This document shows, in pieces, positions 24,301-37,769 of a stretch of 64,000 nucleotides of DNA. The position numbers and the translations under genes are program-made. This DNA comes from Blasia pusilla. Taxonomy: Eukaryota. The stretch covers positions 40,176,001 to 40,240,000 of the forward strand of contig CM114271.1 in NCBI GenBank assembly GCA_050084515.1, given 5' to 3'. Under the pieces are notes generated by a model. It ran no database searches. It was given only the letters and a program-made list of their open reading frames with translations, and was not told the DNA's origin. Position 1 is the first letter of the stretch. The number at the start of each line of letters is the position of its first letter.

Positions 24301-26720
24301 TTCTTGAGTGTGGTAGACACCATAGATCTTGATGATTTCATCCAAGAGTTTGACACATGGTGCGACTTCTAGGAGATATAAGCCCCTATGCGGTTCAACC
24401 CTTTCATGGCATGGAAGGGTTTGTTCCAACATTTAGAGGATCCTCCGATGGATGAATACATGGAGTTAATTCCGATCTTTGTGCTTGGTAGAGATTGATG
24501 GCTAGAGGATGTATTGGGCTCTAAGCATCCACTAGTGGCCACAAGGCGTATGATGGGATAGTGAGAGGGGACTGGCCTACACCATCAACGCAGGGACTAG
24601 ATGGAGAGGATGGTTGTGAGGGTGGTGAGATGGCAAAGACCTCTGGATGGTGCTCTAGCACCAAATGGCTTTCCCAAGAGGGATTTCTCATGTTGGGCCA
24701 TAGGAGCATCTCTCTTGCTCGTGTGTGAGGTAGGAACTAGGGTGCTAACGTCTGGATTCCCTCATAGCAGAGGGTGGACAAGGCTCAATATGCCAATGTA
24801 GATTCAAGAGTGGAGTTTTAGGCCAAGTGTTCCGTTTTTACTCTTATTTTTGTTGTGGGTCTCGATCTATATGTGTCATTTTTTTTGGTTTATGGATGGA
24901 TCGACCCGTGCGTTGGGAAGATCGGTGTTATGTACCCATGCGGTGTCTAGATGTGACCAACAAAGTGGGTTGTGTAGCAATGTGTATGGAGACGACAATT
25001 AATCCTACATGTGCCTCCAACATGCACCAGTACCACGGGAAGGGGCTTGTGGGCTTAGAGAGCAGGGCGGGTATTGTGATACCATGAGGCAAAGACCCGT
25101 ATCAACATATATGGCCCTGTAGGGACCAAAAATGGATTGTTGGACATATGGTGGGCCCCATAGGTAAAGGGACTGCTTGCAGCATGGTAGAGGGCCTAGG
25201 GTACCTCCGTTTGTTCAGAAGCCACCTAGGATGGCCCCACCATGTTTACAGTGTGACCATTGTCACCAATATGGTCACGGTAGGAATAGGTGTTTTGATC
25301 TTTGCCAAGAGCTATGTCTAGAGGTAGACCAAGGGTGTGGGGGCGAGAGAGTTGGTGGAGATTGAGGATTTGAAGATTGTGGTAGTAGAGTTCCACCATC
25401 AATTAGAGAAGATGGAGGAAGCACCTGATACAGCGATTCTTACTCCTACTGATCAATTGGAGCAAAGGATTGCTGCCATGACGATGATGCAGCCACTGAT
25501 ACGTACGGAGCCGAGAGTAGCTAGTGTGGCTCTAGCCTCCACATTGTATCATGATATGGGGGAGGATTATACGGTCTTGAGGTTTATGTGCAATGTGGCT
25601 CAGGTGGAGGCTGCTGCGGTGGTGACTCAGGGTGCTACGAGAGTAATCGAGCCATCAAGATAGAGTGAGCCATGCTGACACCAAGTGTGGTGTTGTTGGA
25701 TAACCAAGCGGAAGTGTTTTTCTTGGTTAGTCCCATAGGTATAGTGTATCACCCATGGGGTATCCTACTTGATTCAAGAGCGTAACCCTTGACGTTTGGG
25801 AAGGTGGCGTGTTTGGCGTTGGGGTTACGCAAAGACGACATTAAGCCTTGTCCCTTTCAGATACAAACCTTTATTGGAGGCATGTCACCCACACAGTTCA
25901 TGACTTGATATGAGTTAGTTGTTAGACTCGCCAAAGCATGAGTGAGATAGTGCGAGGAGCGCACTCGGGCAATTACAACATCGGCAAAGTCCTATGATGG
26001 GTTGGCAAAGAGTACGATGTTATACCCCCTTGGTTTCATCCTTTTTTTCTAGGAGGAGAAAATTTCTTATCGATCAGGATGGTGATCAAGTGATGGACAG
26101 GTGAGCCATCTACCAATGCAGTTTGTAGGACGTAGTTGTGGTTGACCATGTTGGTAGCATTCACAGGTGGTGTCAGCTGACCATGAGAGTTATGGGAGGG
26201 GATCATCCATACGGAGGACATCCTAGTAGTGGATAGTCCCACAGAGAGACGTGCCATGGTGGATGTCTCTTCCCATGGTGCGGAGACTTCTTTACCGTTG
26301 TTGGGTACGAGCGCTGAGTTGCAAAGGAGTGCATACGAGCTCGTGAGGTAGGCGTGCAGATGTGCTTGTGTCGTGAAGCAGATAGAGTCAGATGACGGTC
26401 ATGCTCTTGGACTGGAGACTTTGTATCTTTGGATATATACCATACCACACTTGTTGTGTGGCAGCGTTTGGAGGAGGGCGCAAGAGTGTTAGGTCACTTC
26501 GGAAAGGATGGACACACCGGGTAGTTGCAATGTTGCATGATGACATCTGGATGCATCGATATCTCTATGTGGAGATAGATGAGATGGATCCACAGATGAT
26601 GTTGCGGGGATGACGACACCAATGGTGCTAGACATGTAAAGAGTAGTAGATCATGTCAGGTAGATATGATGTCTGTTATCTAGAGTTGGAGGGACCCAAC
26701 TACCAGCTAGGAGGATTGTA
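21367..26720 (+). mobile_element. Older, diverged and internally deleted relative of the DNMT-Gypsy family; probably starts near 10980 and is interrupted by element 1
   Basis: Gag homology (LFQHLEDPPMDEY vs MFQHLEGAPMDDY; CDHCHQYGHGRNRC; MCNVAQVEAAAV), protease (PSVVLLDN..LLDSRA, CPFQIQT) and MTase start (EEGARVLGHFG..RYLYVEIDE at ~26470-26585). It then jumps to 3' UTR-like sequence (26670-26715 resembles the reverse complement of 61560-61610). The 5' extent is uncertain. Confidence 0.75.
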
Positions 26721-26865
26721 CAATTATCTATGGGGGATGCTCGCATTGTAGATAATCATTGAGTGCTCTCAACACTAAATTTCACACTTATGGGAGGAAG
26801 AAATGTCGATATAAAGCTTTAGCTAGTCATATACAAATATAGGAGTATGTGTGGGCATAGGTTCC

Positions 26866-27087
26866 TCTGTATTATTATTGGGGAGTGCACCTTGATTTTG
26901 CAGACTCCTCTCCTCTTAACACTTGGTATTTTCAACCAATGGGATCGCTCCCCTTTTGAACAAATGGGATCGCTCCCTTTCTGAATCAATAGCCTTGTTT
27001 CAAATCATTTTTAAATGAAACTTAAGAATTGTAAGAGTTAATTGTGGGAGGTAGTATAAACTCGTGCATTGCACAAGCTTACACTAG
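26866..27087 (+). mobile_element. Non-autonomous mini-Helitron
   Basis: Starts TCTGTATTATTATTGGGGAG; ends CTCGTGCATTGCACAAGC-TTACA-CTAG|T; homologous to 58975-59160. Confidence 0.8.
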
Positions 27088-27914
27088 TCTTACAAATGAA
27101 CGTAGTTGGCTGTAGAGAGAAAGACAATCAAGGATACGTACAACACTCATGCAAACGCCCTTGTAAAAGGCGTTCTCTACGTTTCTATCTCCAATACCAA
27201 CACATCATATTTACTTTGCATATTGCGTGCATGCTAATTTTCAACATCACCGTGGAAAATTATTAAATGAAAGAAATCAATTAATCTCATTTACAAGTGT
27301 TATATTTCATTCACAGCCTTGAAAGTGAAATATTACGTGGATATCCAAAGAGGGAGGGCATTAACAACCATAGTGAATGTAAATGGATTTTGAACCATTT
27401 TCTTGCAACTCTTAAGAGTTGCAAATTTACAACTAAATGAAGTTTTCATGCCACTTCCATTTGTATGAGTTTTCAAAATCATTACTTCAAACCTTTGTAG
27501 TCTTCATAAATAGTGGTAATGATCTCCCTTGAAATAAGTTTTCAAAGAAATTTTTTTTATTACACGTAGTTTTCAAAATATCTTATGGAAAATTTCACGA
27601 TCATGACTTTGTCATAAAAAATATTCAAAAAATCCTTCGAATAAAAATTTATTTTTGTCACCTTATTTTTCCATGGGAAATTTTACGATCATCACAATTT
27701 CTCAAGATGCTTCCTCAGGTAGATTTTGTGTTTCCTTTATATTATTGCTAAATGTCCCACTTCTTGAATTTCTTGAGCGGCTTTACAGAGCCAAAATTAT
27801 TAAGAGAGGATTTTTTCTTGATTTTAAAAAATGTCTTTCTTGACCCATGACATTTTCTTTCACAACACAAGAAAAAAAAAGTGTTGAGAAGTAGAATGTC
27901 TATGCACCATGGTT

Positions 27915-28180
27915 GGAAAAAATAGACAAGTTCGTCCCTAGGGCGGACATGGATTGCAAAAGGTGGGACACAAACTCATAACTCATGGTGAAAAATGAAA
28001 GAGCGCCAAACGGGGCAATAATGGGGAAAGGAAGTGAAGGTGGAGGAAGGGTAAAAAGGGCAAGTGCAGAACGTTGAGGCAAGTAGAGGGGTGAGAAAGA
28101 ATGGGAAGGTGGGACCCATATGGACAAGTCCTTCCACAGGATGGACATGCATGTTCAGGACGCAGACCTTGTCCACATGC
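27915..28180 (-). repeat. Dispersed ~265-bp repeat, copy 2
   Basis: Reverse-complement homologue of 820-1085. Confidence 0.7.
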
Positions 28181-28702
28181 AACCTTCCTATACACTATGG
28201 TTATTCACTCTATAATACCTAGGGCTTAAATTTTGTAATTATTATTGTCTTTAATTTATTTCTACATGTATTTATGAATCTGATCTGTCATTTCCTACTT
28301 GCTCCAACATATAAAAATGCGCGATGGATGTTATACTTCTTTAGGATAAAATAATTATGGCCTCTTCAAGTAACTCTTGATTTTTTTTCTCCTCTTATAT
28401 ATTTTTATTATAGATTTTCCTTCCAATTTTCAAATTCCTCTCTTGTTGACGTGTGACATTTGTAACCACTCACATGTTGGCATGTGTCGTCAATAATTTA
28501 GAGTCAATTATGAGCCCAATCAAGTTAGGGGTCAGTTTAGAGTGAATGGGATAGCTTTGGGGTTTCTTAGGGGCACGGGGGTAGATTTGGGGTCAATTAC
28601 GAGGGCTAATGATGCATAGTTTGAATTACTCATATCCAGTACCCACGCATCACACGATTCCTACTGGTACAAGCTATCCACATGTGTAACTTCCATTCAT
28701 CA

Positions 28703-31700
28703 CTAGTAAGTGCCCGTGTGATGCACGCGGGAAGTAAGGTAGTATAGAGTGAAGATACATTTTATCAAATTTATTTCATCTCAATATTTCTTTATATACT
28801 ACATTTCATGTGTAGTCACCTTCCTTATTTGAATGTTCATCCCTTCCAATGGTAATGTGGATGGAACTTCTCTTTCCTACTCTAGATAATGCTACATACA
28901 ATTAACCATGAGAAAATACATACGTAGGCAAGTAAATGCCAACCTTTTGCAAAGTTTGACTTTTCGACTTATTAATAGTCATTAAAAAAGCCGGTCTAAC
29001 AGGGAATTGAAACCTCCACAAATCAAATGGCAAACCAGAATCTGATACAATCAATGGAGTAGGTGGAAAAAAAATGCGATCTCCAATATTCTTCCCAGTG
29101 ATAATTTCAGCATCGATGCAATGTCTCATAGATCTACGAATCATCAATCTGGTCTCGTTTGCTTGTCCATGTGACCCATTCATGTTTCGTAAGAGTATGA
29201 TTGGTGCACCAATCTTCAAACACAAATGATGCGGAGGAAGTCTAGAAGGCAAGCATGTGTTTAAGAACTCAGTTTGGTAGATATGACTCATTCAGTATTT
29301 GGAATAGAGTCGACGATTACATAAATATGCTCCTGTACACAATATGTAATGAGTTAGTGAGAAAAGGAAATATTAGTATCCAAACTTCCAAAAAATATAT
29401 TGATAGAAGTACAAATGAGATAAGTCTAAAGGATTACCTCTCCGAGGAACCAAGACATAACGTCTGCATTTATGTCGTCAACATCTTTATTTCTTAGAGT
29501 CAAAATAGTTTTATCTCTTAAGAAATCAATGTCATGGAATCGGCTAAGAAAATTGCCATAGATCAAATCAATAAGATCACATATTTTGTTACTATTAGTA
29601 ACAATTTCAGATGGCAATCGTATAAAGTCTTATCCTAAATGAGGGTGTTAAAGTACACGACCCTCTCCCACTTCCAATAACCAATAAGCAAAAGCTTGTT
29701 GTTCATCATGCAAATGACCATCCAACCTTTGAACTCTCATGTTTATTTTCAACTTCATGACCCTTACATTAGACCAAAGAGATGATTTCTTTATGGTGGC
29801 TTGGATGATTTGCGGCCAATCCCCATGACGAACAACATGCAACACTTGACGAAAATCACCACCAAATACCATAAGTTTTCCACCATACGGTAATTATCGT
29901 AAATAATCCGAAACAACTCTCATGATATCCTGTAAGGTTTGATTCACGGCCTCAAAGGCATGACGATGAACCATAGGTGCCTTGTCCCATATAATGAGCA
30001 TCACCTCAAGGATTAAGTGCGCTCCATCACTATCGACCAATAAACTACCAACAAAAAGGGAAGAAAATTAAAAGCTAATTTTTTTTGAGTAATTAAAAAA
30101 ACTTTTGGAATATTAACAAAATTGAAGCTAATTAAGAAACTTATGGTACTAACTTGCAATTAGAGCTTTCATGAAGATTAATGGGGATCTTGAAGCGCGA
30201 ATGAGCAATACGTCCTCCGTCTGACAATAGGGCAACTATACTAGATGATGCTACAGCCAAAGTTATATCTCTAACTCTCCTTACACTTGCAAGAAGAAGA
30301 TTATATATATAAAAAAAAATTCCAGTTCCATCTGGACCATCGATGAGAAAAACTTTTGGAGATGGTGGAGCATTCGCACATATTTGATCAAGCTCATCAT
30401 GTATAACGTCCCATATCATGCGTTGTCCGTTGTTTAGACACGCTTCTCCCAATTGCACTTGCTCAAATAATTCTTCCATGTCATATGATAGCTCTTGTTC
30501 CTCCAAATATGAGTGTGAATGAAGGATTTCAAAATTAGCTTGGAGCATGTCTGGGAAGTCAGATAGTCTCTTTCCTTGATCTTGTAAATAATAATGGGCT
30601 CTCAATAATGCTGTACTAATGATAGCATCACCAACAGCAAGATTAGGAATTCTTATTTTCTGTAATGGAAGAGTTCCAAAAAAGGTCAAAATTATGGTTA
30701 GTATGTTGGACTCTTAATATAAGGGAGATGGAAAACGTTACTACTATTAAGAATAACGTTTTTTTGTAAGAGTTATAGCATTGGATTCTTTCTTGACGTC
30801 GTTCATATAAGAGATCTTCAACCAACGGAACCAAGAATTGACTCCATGATATTGCAGGTTGAGCAGGTGTGTTTTAAGCTAGAATAATTGCAAAGAGACG
30901 GCGTAGTGAAAAACCCGTACAGATTATGGAAGCTTCTTCAATGCAAGTAAACACCTCCCTATCATCCTCAAGAAGTCCTAATTGGATCGCAGCCTCCTTG
31001 AATGTTGGACATAATATCCCATGAACCGTTCTCAAGAATTCGTATGTAGTTGCTCCTCGAATATTATAGAGGAGTAATCTCAGCCAATGTCGTTCTCCTT
31101 CACCTATGACAAAGTGAGAAAAATGAGCTCATCTATCTATATATAAAAGAAAATGGGTGAGGCTGGTATATTAAAAAAAATGTATATAAAGAATTTTTAA
31201 GTTTTTACCTGGATGAGTAAGGTATAAGCGGCCAATGGGATGGCCACAATTATTGAATTTTTTCACCCTATGAATCCATCTCTTGTTACTCCAACGATAA
31301 TATGAAGGAAAATCTATATATAGATATTGTCGAGCAGTGGAGTCAAATAGATTGGGTGCAGACCATTGGGTAAGAGTTGTCTCTCTCTTTATTTGCAAAA
31401 TATTTTGAGGAGCGTCAACATCATTGAAGTAGAATATTTGTTGCTCCGGAAGATGAACTGCTAATCTCACGATACTTCGAAGTTCAACATGTAGAGAAAA
31501 TTTGAAGAGACACCACCATGCTTATGAACAAGATATATATCTGGAAAAATAAAAATTCCAAGTATTCAAATTAGGAGAATGAACATGATGGATAAGAAAT
31601 AGAATGGAATGCATCACATCAATGAAGTAGCGGAATCATACCTCAAATCAAGATATGATGTTGTCTCATCAATAACGTCAATTGCATTGGATGTATCTGT

Positions 31701-34700
31701 ATCCTTTGACAACTTAAATGACACCGCATCAGACGCCTTATACACCTATTTGTATAAGTACTTGACCGCAAAAACACTACTTGTGATTTCAAGATTAATG
31801 TGACAATTGAAGAGGGTGCATAACATAGGATTGTAGAGCACAACCCAACGATTATCCAATGAATGTTGGCTCTTAATTATTGCCCTCCCATTCTCCGATC
31901 TACAAAAACATAATAAAAAATCATGAATATGCTTTCCAATACTTCAATGACATCATATGTCTTACAATAATAAAGATAAGCCAAAATTAGAGGATCCTTA
32001 CCTACGATATATCGTATAGCCATCTTCCGTCTCTATAATGTTGGCCGCAAAAGCCTTAGGATAGCCTTTGGTGCACTTTTTGGTTTCCTTATCCATACAT
32101 AGTGCATTTGGATTTAATGGTCCACATGGCCCATGAACCATGCAATTAGTAACAGTAGAATACAACCTTGGATGGGTAGATTGATCAGGGATTTCTGGTG
32201 AAATAATATGATCATAATCATGAGTGGTACGTGGTTTATCCTCCCGTCCTAATATACTAAGAATGTGCACATGCGGCAAACCTCTTTTTTGGAATTCCAC
32301 CACATGGATGCATCCTGCAACTCGTCCCAATATGTGCTTCTTGATGATAAGCCTTAATAACTCTTTCCTTTTCTTCTAAAAAACCCGTACGACCAAATCT
32401 GATCGATCCGCAACTGATTGACCAGGTAATAAGGCTGATGTAATCTCCTCCCACTTTGGATTGCATGTCATAGTCAAAAAGTAGTCCGGCTTCCCCAAAT
32501 GTCTTACAAATGCCATTGCATCTTGATACAATTGATGCATGTGACGCGACCCTCCCGTGAAAGAAGAAGGTAATATAATGCGCCTCCCAACCCTCCGACT
32601 ATACACATCATGTCGATGCATGGCATCCTTTACACCTTGATATAATCTAGCCCTTAACTCCTTTTGATTCAAGCGAACCCATGATGATCGTTGCATCTTT
32701 ATAGTTGCATAGAGGTCAACCATATATTTTTGAGTAAGTCGACCAAACGGCAATAAGCGATTGTCATCTTCGCCTCCAATCTGCGTTTGAAGTCGAAAAC
32801 ATGCAAATTGCAAGGCCGTAACACTCTTTGTTTTTCTTTCCTAAAAAATGTCACCATCAACTCTTTCCTCATCCATCCAATCTTCTAAAGGTTCCACGTG
32901 TCCCTCCTCATGAATAATCCAACCCAATCGTTGGGATTCTCGATGACCTTCAATCCTCTCGAAGGGTATTCCAAGATGCCAACATGCTTCACCATAGATA
33001 AATAGTAGAACAAAATATAGTGAAATATATGCTTCATTAAGGTTTGATATACGCTTCACTCCTCCTCCATGCAATCTTATAATTATATCCCAGTGGTCAA
33101 CATGTTCACTGCCATCACCCGACAATATAGCCGCAACCTCAGAAGCAATTGGTAAATTATAACGCTTAGCCTCGAGACCTCTCTTACTTGCCTCGAGGAT
33201 GATCCGCATATTGAGATCAGTTGTTTCATATGCCATATGACAAAAGATCTTCATATATGGGTTGCATTCATATAACATGTCTTGTAGCCCTATCAAAATA
33301 TCTATATTAAGATTAGACGATCTAGACATAACTCTTTCACGATTCTCCAATTCATTTGCGCTATCATGGATGTAGAGTTGAGCAAATTGGGGATGAACCC
33401 CCATATCAAGATGTAAGGATCCAATAGAATGTTAAATCCCACCTTGGACCCTAAAGTGTTCAGTGCCACCTATTTGTTCATTTACGTGCATTCCAATAGA
33501 TGCAAGTTGAAGCGCATAATTGTAAGCTTTAGTATGTGTAAGAAAATGAAGACTTCTAGGACCAATACCTGAAATCAAGGATTTCAGGAATGGAGGAGAC
33601 AATTTCAAGAGGGGTAAATGTATTCTCCCATGGCCATAACACATGCCATATGGTGAGTAACTAATCTTTAAGCCTTCACCCTTTCACATTTCCAATGTAA
33701 AGCATGACATGATGGACATATCTCTGTCATATAATCCAATGTATGACGACCGCTAACACAATTCAAACTCCTATGTGATCTCAACTACTTAATATCATTT
33801 TCTTGGAAATTTGGTTTGCTTGCAAGATTCAATAATGTATTTAATCTTACAACCCTATCAACAACATACAACAGAGGAATCCTGTAAGCATTTGGTTTAA
33901 TGACACTTTCTCGAGATAACACAACTCCATTAATGGTAGAAGACAAAGGATCTACTCTTGACCTTGCTTCATCCTCGTAATGGGGAAGAGTCAAAGAATT
34001 CTCAACAACTTCATGTTGAAACAGAATCGGAAGAGTGATATGTAACTCAACTTTTGGTATCACATAAGTAATTGGCCTTGTCGTAGATATATTCTCGATA
34101 ACTTCATGGAGTGCACTATCACATAACTCTCGTCATGGTGATGCATGTATCCGATCTGTAGATGGAAGATGAACTTCTTGATTTTCTCCTACCATTCCTC
34201 CATCCTCATTAAAAGGCTTGAGAAAACATCAATATATTACATAATACATACAAATAAAAAATGAACAATCAAAGATTTTCAGCGAGGATATAAAAAGTTA
34301 GATATGTACCTTATGGATTGACTACCAATAGCCATAAGCTCCTCATTTGGAGTAGTTGGAATACTTTGAACTACGATCGTAGTCTCAACTTGACCATGAA
34401 GCGCTTTCCTTCTTTTTCTATACTCTTGATAATAACACCTCTTTTTTTCTTTCAAGGCTTCCATTTTGTCAACACGAATAGCACGTTTTCGTTTTTGGGC
34501 CTCGCCGCGTAGAACCTTTCGAAAATCACGTACATCCATAGGATTCAATGGAATGGGAAGTCTAAAATAATACAGACATGTTAAGAGCAATGCACTGACT
34601 TAAATTAAAAGGGAAGATTGTGAAGGTTGGAAATGTGGACATGCTAAATGATTGTCAATTTTGTGAATTTACGTTGGATATGTTTTGGGAAGGAATTCAT

Positions 34701-36384
34701 CTTCAACATGTGCTTTTTGGGCTAACATTTCCTTGCGACATGCACGACTTTCTTGTCATGCGTTCACACACATCAATTTTTGGAAGTCATGCAAATGTGT
34801 CGGATTTTATTGAATAGGAAGTCTGTGCAAAAATTCCAATATTTCATCATTTTAGTATATACATACAAAACATGGGATGTAAGGCATATCGTGGAAATGG
34901 AAATAAGTTGCTTCCATTGTTCTCCCAAAGAAAGGTGCTTACATCAGAGAGGTGTTCTTCAATTCTTTGATTTGTTTCCCTGAATTTTGTTGTAGAATCT
35001 GTATATTTGTGATAACTCCGAGCGGCCGTCTCTCCACGTTCAAGAATAATCCACCTCCACTCGCCATCTACATTACACACCACAAAACTACTTATTAAAA
35101 ATAAAAAAAATCATGTAAAATAGTAGAGAAAGACAATGATAAAAATTAAATGGGGAAATGAGGAAAAGAATTAGATGAGATAAGGAAAAAATATAAAGTG
35201 CAAAAAAAGGAGAAAGAGAATGAAAAAGTTGCGAACTAGACATAAACCAATTTTAGAGGAAGAGTTAAAAAAAAATTTAAGAGAAAGAGAAAGAGAAATT
35301 AATATTTTTTAAAAATAAGAAGAAGAAGAAAATATAAAGCTATTTAGTTGGGATGTTTAAGAAAAATTGGAAAAATATGAAAAAAATTTGGTGGGAAGAG
35401 GAAAAAAAGGAAAAAAGAAATCCGAGAGAGAATATCGGAAAGAAAATCTTATTTAGAAAACTCATATTAAAAAATGGGATTTAAAAAAATATATAAATAC
35501 CACCGAACCTACTATTGAACCTATCCCGAACCTAACATCGACTACCAACCCTACTCGCGGTCGGCACCGCCTCTGCTATTCGTAAGGCCCAGACATAACG
35601 GTCCAATTTTTGTGGACCGTTACATCATCAATCGAACGGCCCGTGTCTGAGACGCGGCCGCCCCTCACCCCCTTCCCCCCTACAATGATTCTAATGGTCC
35701 AGAGCTAGAGCTGCAGCGGAAGTCTGAACATGAGCAGTAGATGGAGTCAGAGTTGGGCTCAAAGTTGGTCCTGCTGAATTGGGAGGAGACAACAGGAGTC
35801 GAATCAAAACGTGAAGTCGATGTAGCACTACCTGGATTGTAGGAAGCATACAAACATTAGAATGTTATCGTGTGTATTGCTAGAGGTAGAGTTCGGAATC
35901 TATTGCATTACTTGTAATAGTCTATTCATACCAAGAATAATAAACCTCTGAATGCACGCCTCAACGGTTTGTGAAAAGAAAGCAAGTAAATTGACTGACG
36001 TCACCTGATTGTCGAGAGCACAATGGGGAGTTCTAATCTCTGTGAAGCAATAAATACAATGCTCCTCGTAGGTTTGGAACCTGAACGCGTCGTCTTGATC
36101 CCTCTCGTCAACTTTTCACTAAGTGAGAGGTCATTTAAATCAACGGACGTCCCTTCTCTCGAAGATCGTAACTGTCCTAAGGACGAAAAATTGAAAACTC
36201 GCATAAAAACGGTTAGAGCCTCAAGCGGCGGATAACCCTAAACCCTAAAATGCACCATCCAACGGTTATGAGAAAATATGCATCATAAGCCAATTTTTCG
36301 ATCTCCTCATGTGGCGAAAAGTCCACGTGGCAAAAGCCTGGCTGATTGCACTTATGAGAACGGGTTCTCCCATAATAGTATATA
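28703..36384 (-). mobile_element. Full-length decayed autonomous-type Helitron (RepHel with introns)
   Basis: Rep motifs YFLTMTCNPKW, VVEFQKRGLPHVHIL and VKYLYK*VYK. Pif1 helicase motifs IDGPDGTG, AHSRFKIP, FGGDFRQ and FPVRPAF.MTINKS.SQTL. The 3' end is the hairpin CCCGCGTGCATCACACGGGC + CTAG|T at 28703. The probable 5' end is TATATACTATTATGGGAGAA at 36384 (TC apparently mutated; less certain). Confidence 0.92.
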
Positions 36385-37276
36385 TATTGTACATGCTACA
36401 TTTCTTTCATTTTTTTCCCTTATTGAGAAAGGGCCTCTCAAAATCAATGGGGGCACGATGGGTTTGCTTACTTAAGGTACCAACCCAAAAGCGTGCGTTA
36501 TGGGATTTTAAAACAACAGAAATTCAGAGTTTTTCGAAACTCCAAGAAAAACAGTCGTGACCGCGTGTCGAGGGCAGAGGTCGACAGTTGTAAGCCTCTT
36601 GAAGCAATCCCACCGCCAGACGTTAAATGATGAAACGCCACGCGCCTTCTTTATCGAAAATCCGAAAATGAGAGAAGGTTCCCCTAGCGAGCACCGCTCA
36701 TCGGATAGCGTTCTTTTAACCAAGGGCGTACCAAAGAGAGAGACGCCCGAGTCCCGACTGTCCGCCGCGAAGGAGAAGTCCCTCCACCGGGGGATGATGG
36801 TCAAGGTCACTGAGTGAGTACTCCCTCACTCTGCCACGCGGACGGACAGGCGTCCGCGATGCTTCTCCAACAAGCGACCCCTACCAACGGTGCGCCGTCT
36901 TATACTTGTGGCACATCTTCCGGGCCCCACCCCTCATTTTTTTCCCGCCCTTTCCTCTGTCAGTAATCCCACAGAGGAGGGAATCCAGAACGAACGCGCT
37001 TGTAAGGAGATCATCTGTTCAAAGGTTAGCCCACGCGGCGACCTGCACCAGCCGGTAGTAAAGGATACAGCTACGCTTCAGAGTTTTTGTTTGTACGCTA
37101 CAAAGGTAGGAGCTTTTGTGTAACATGTACGTGTCGCACTATCTGAAGTTACTTACGTCATATATTCTAATTCTTCTCGAATACAGTAATATGTAAAAGA
37201 CTTTTTTTACAAATAATACATTCAAAGGTTACGTAAGTCAAAATTATTTTCCTTTCAAAATTTAAGGTCAATGAAG

Positions 37277-37448
37277 TTATATTATTATTGGAGAGTTTTT
37301 TTTAATTTTCAAAATTTTTCATACGTTGGTATGTTTAATGAATAACAATGTTCATATTTTGAATAAAAATTTTCATTTGAAATTTTTCATAGTTAATTTT
37401 CATTTTGGGAGGTAATTTAAACTCGTACATCGTATGAGCTTACACTAG
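37277..37448 (+). mobile_element. Degenerate non-autonomous mini-Helitron
   Basis: TATATTATTATTGGAGAG start; CTCGTACATCGTATGAGC-TTACA-CTAG end. Confidence 0.65.
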
Positions 37449-37769
37449 CTATTTACCTTGGTGAGATCATTCTAGGAAGTGAAGGCGTTGATGGGGCTTC
37501 TAATATGCGTCATTAAAAAAAATCATGTCCTTTAGTTTTGAAGGAAATGAATATTGGCATTTTTTTGTAATTTTGGACGTCATGGATCTCTTTTCGTTTA
37601 AAATTTGGAACTTTTTTCCATTTGTAAAACTTTCCGCCTTAGCCCTTAATTTGAGTTTAAAAATTTATCATTTTGGGAAACCAAAATGCTCACTTCTACT
37701 TCCACTCAAGGGTGACTAATAGTCCAAGTACTATGCCACGCTGCATCTCCTCTCCTTGGTATAATTTAC

